Assembly (NCBI GenBank): GCA_963803145.1
Contig: CAWDLW010000012.1
Coordinates: forward strand, 128,001 to 192,000
DNA: 64,000 nt
Direction of reading: 5' to 3'
Source: Methanotrichaceae archaeon
GTDB taxonomy: Archaea > Halobacteriota > Methanosarcinia > Methanotrichales > Methanotrichaceae
Made by a program: the position numbers and the translations under genes. Shown piece by piece: positions 63,773-64,000 of this stretch (the first letter of the stretch is position 1; every line of letters starts with the position of its first letter). Below the pieces are notes generated by a model. It was not told where the DNA came from. It saw only the letters and a list, made by a program, of their open reading frames with translations, and did not search any database.

Positions 63773-64000
63773 GATACTCACTCCATTCTTTTTAATAGCT
63801 CTCTTAGGTTTCAACCAGCTGATGATCTATTTAATCCGGGTCCCGACAAAGTCGTAGGCCACTGTACTCTGATGCTATTTATTGCTTTTTTGATTGATGA
63901 ATGAAACCGACGCTTAAGCCTTAAAGAACGTTATGAGTATCGGGGCCAGTATTTTTGGCGAGATTTCGTGCGCCTGGCCCTCAAGGGTTTTCCGCTCTGC

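Noticed and set aside
8583-63857. Numerous short ORFs antisense to or out of frame with recognised genes (e.g. 15333-15905, 33735-34325, 41588-42142, 44498-45121, 60993-61568)
   Set aside because: Shadow ORFs overlapping well-supported genes, with no motifs or RBS
1-64000. tRNA, rRNA, CRISPR array, cas1/cas2/cas4, integrase
   Set aside because: None recognised by eye in this window; the array and adaptation genes may lie upstream of position 1

Overview
Archaeal DNA, very probably a Methanothrix/Methanotrichaceae methanogen. This rests on the DUF1699 paralogues, archaeal shikimate kinase, chorismate-lyase/beta-RFAP synthase fusion, Lhr helicase and GGTGA/GGAGG RBSs. 1-8.2 kb: a type I-A-like CRISPR-Cas interference module (cas3 with C-terminal HD, cas8, DevR-type cas7, cas5, convergent cas6) with many single-base frameshifts. 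A cluster of intact and decayed toxin-antitoxin genes sits inside it; no array or cas1/2/4 is in the window. 8.7-51.6 kb: mostly housekeeping genes (gdhA, iscS/iscU/DsrE/TusA, rubredoxin, ferritin, trehalose synthase/phosphatase, argB, pycB, GGR, aroK, chorismate mutase, purE, peptidases, HMG-CoA reductase, pheA, glucan phosphorylase, Lhr), plus secreted hypothetical proteins, a tnpB remnant and small repeats. 51.9-58.9 kb: an accessory island holding the most striking signal. Three adjacent genes (HEAT-repeat protein, Bell-like helical protein, NB-ARC/TPR NLR) all share a ~20-aa motif, (GSQ)TNIxGxxxGxVLSGxF(HG)xV, placed as expected for NLR amyloid signalling. The NLR is split by an IS5 element and the HEAT gene by an 8-bp duplication. 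59-64 kb: secreted protein, hybrid histidine kinase, alpha/beta hydrolase, DHFR-like protein.
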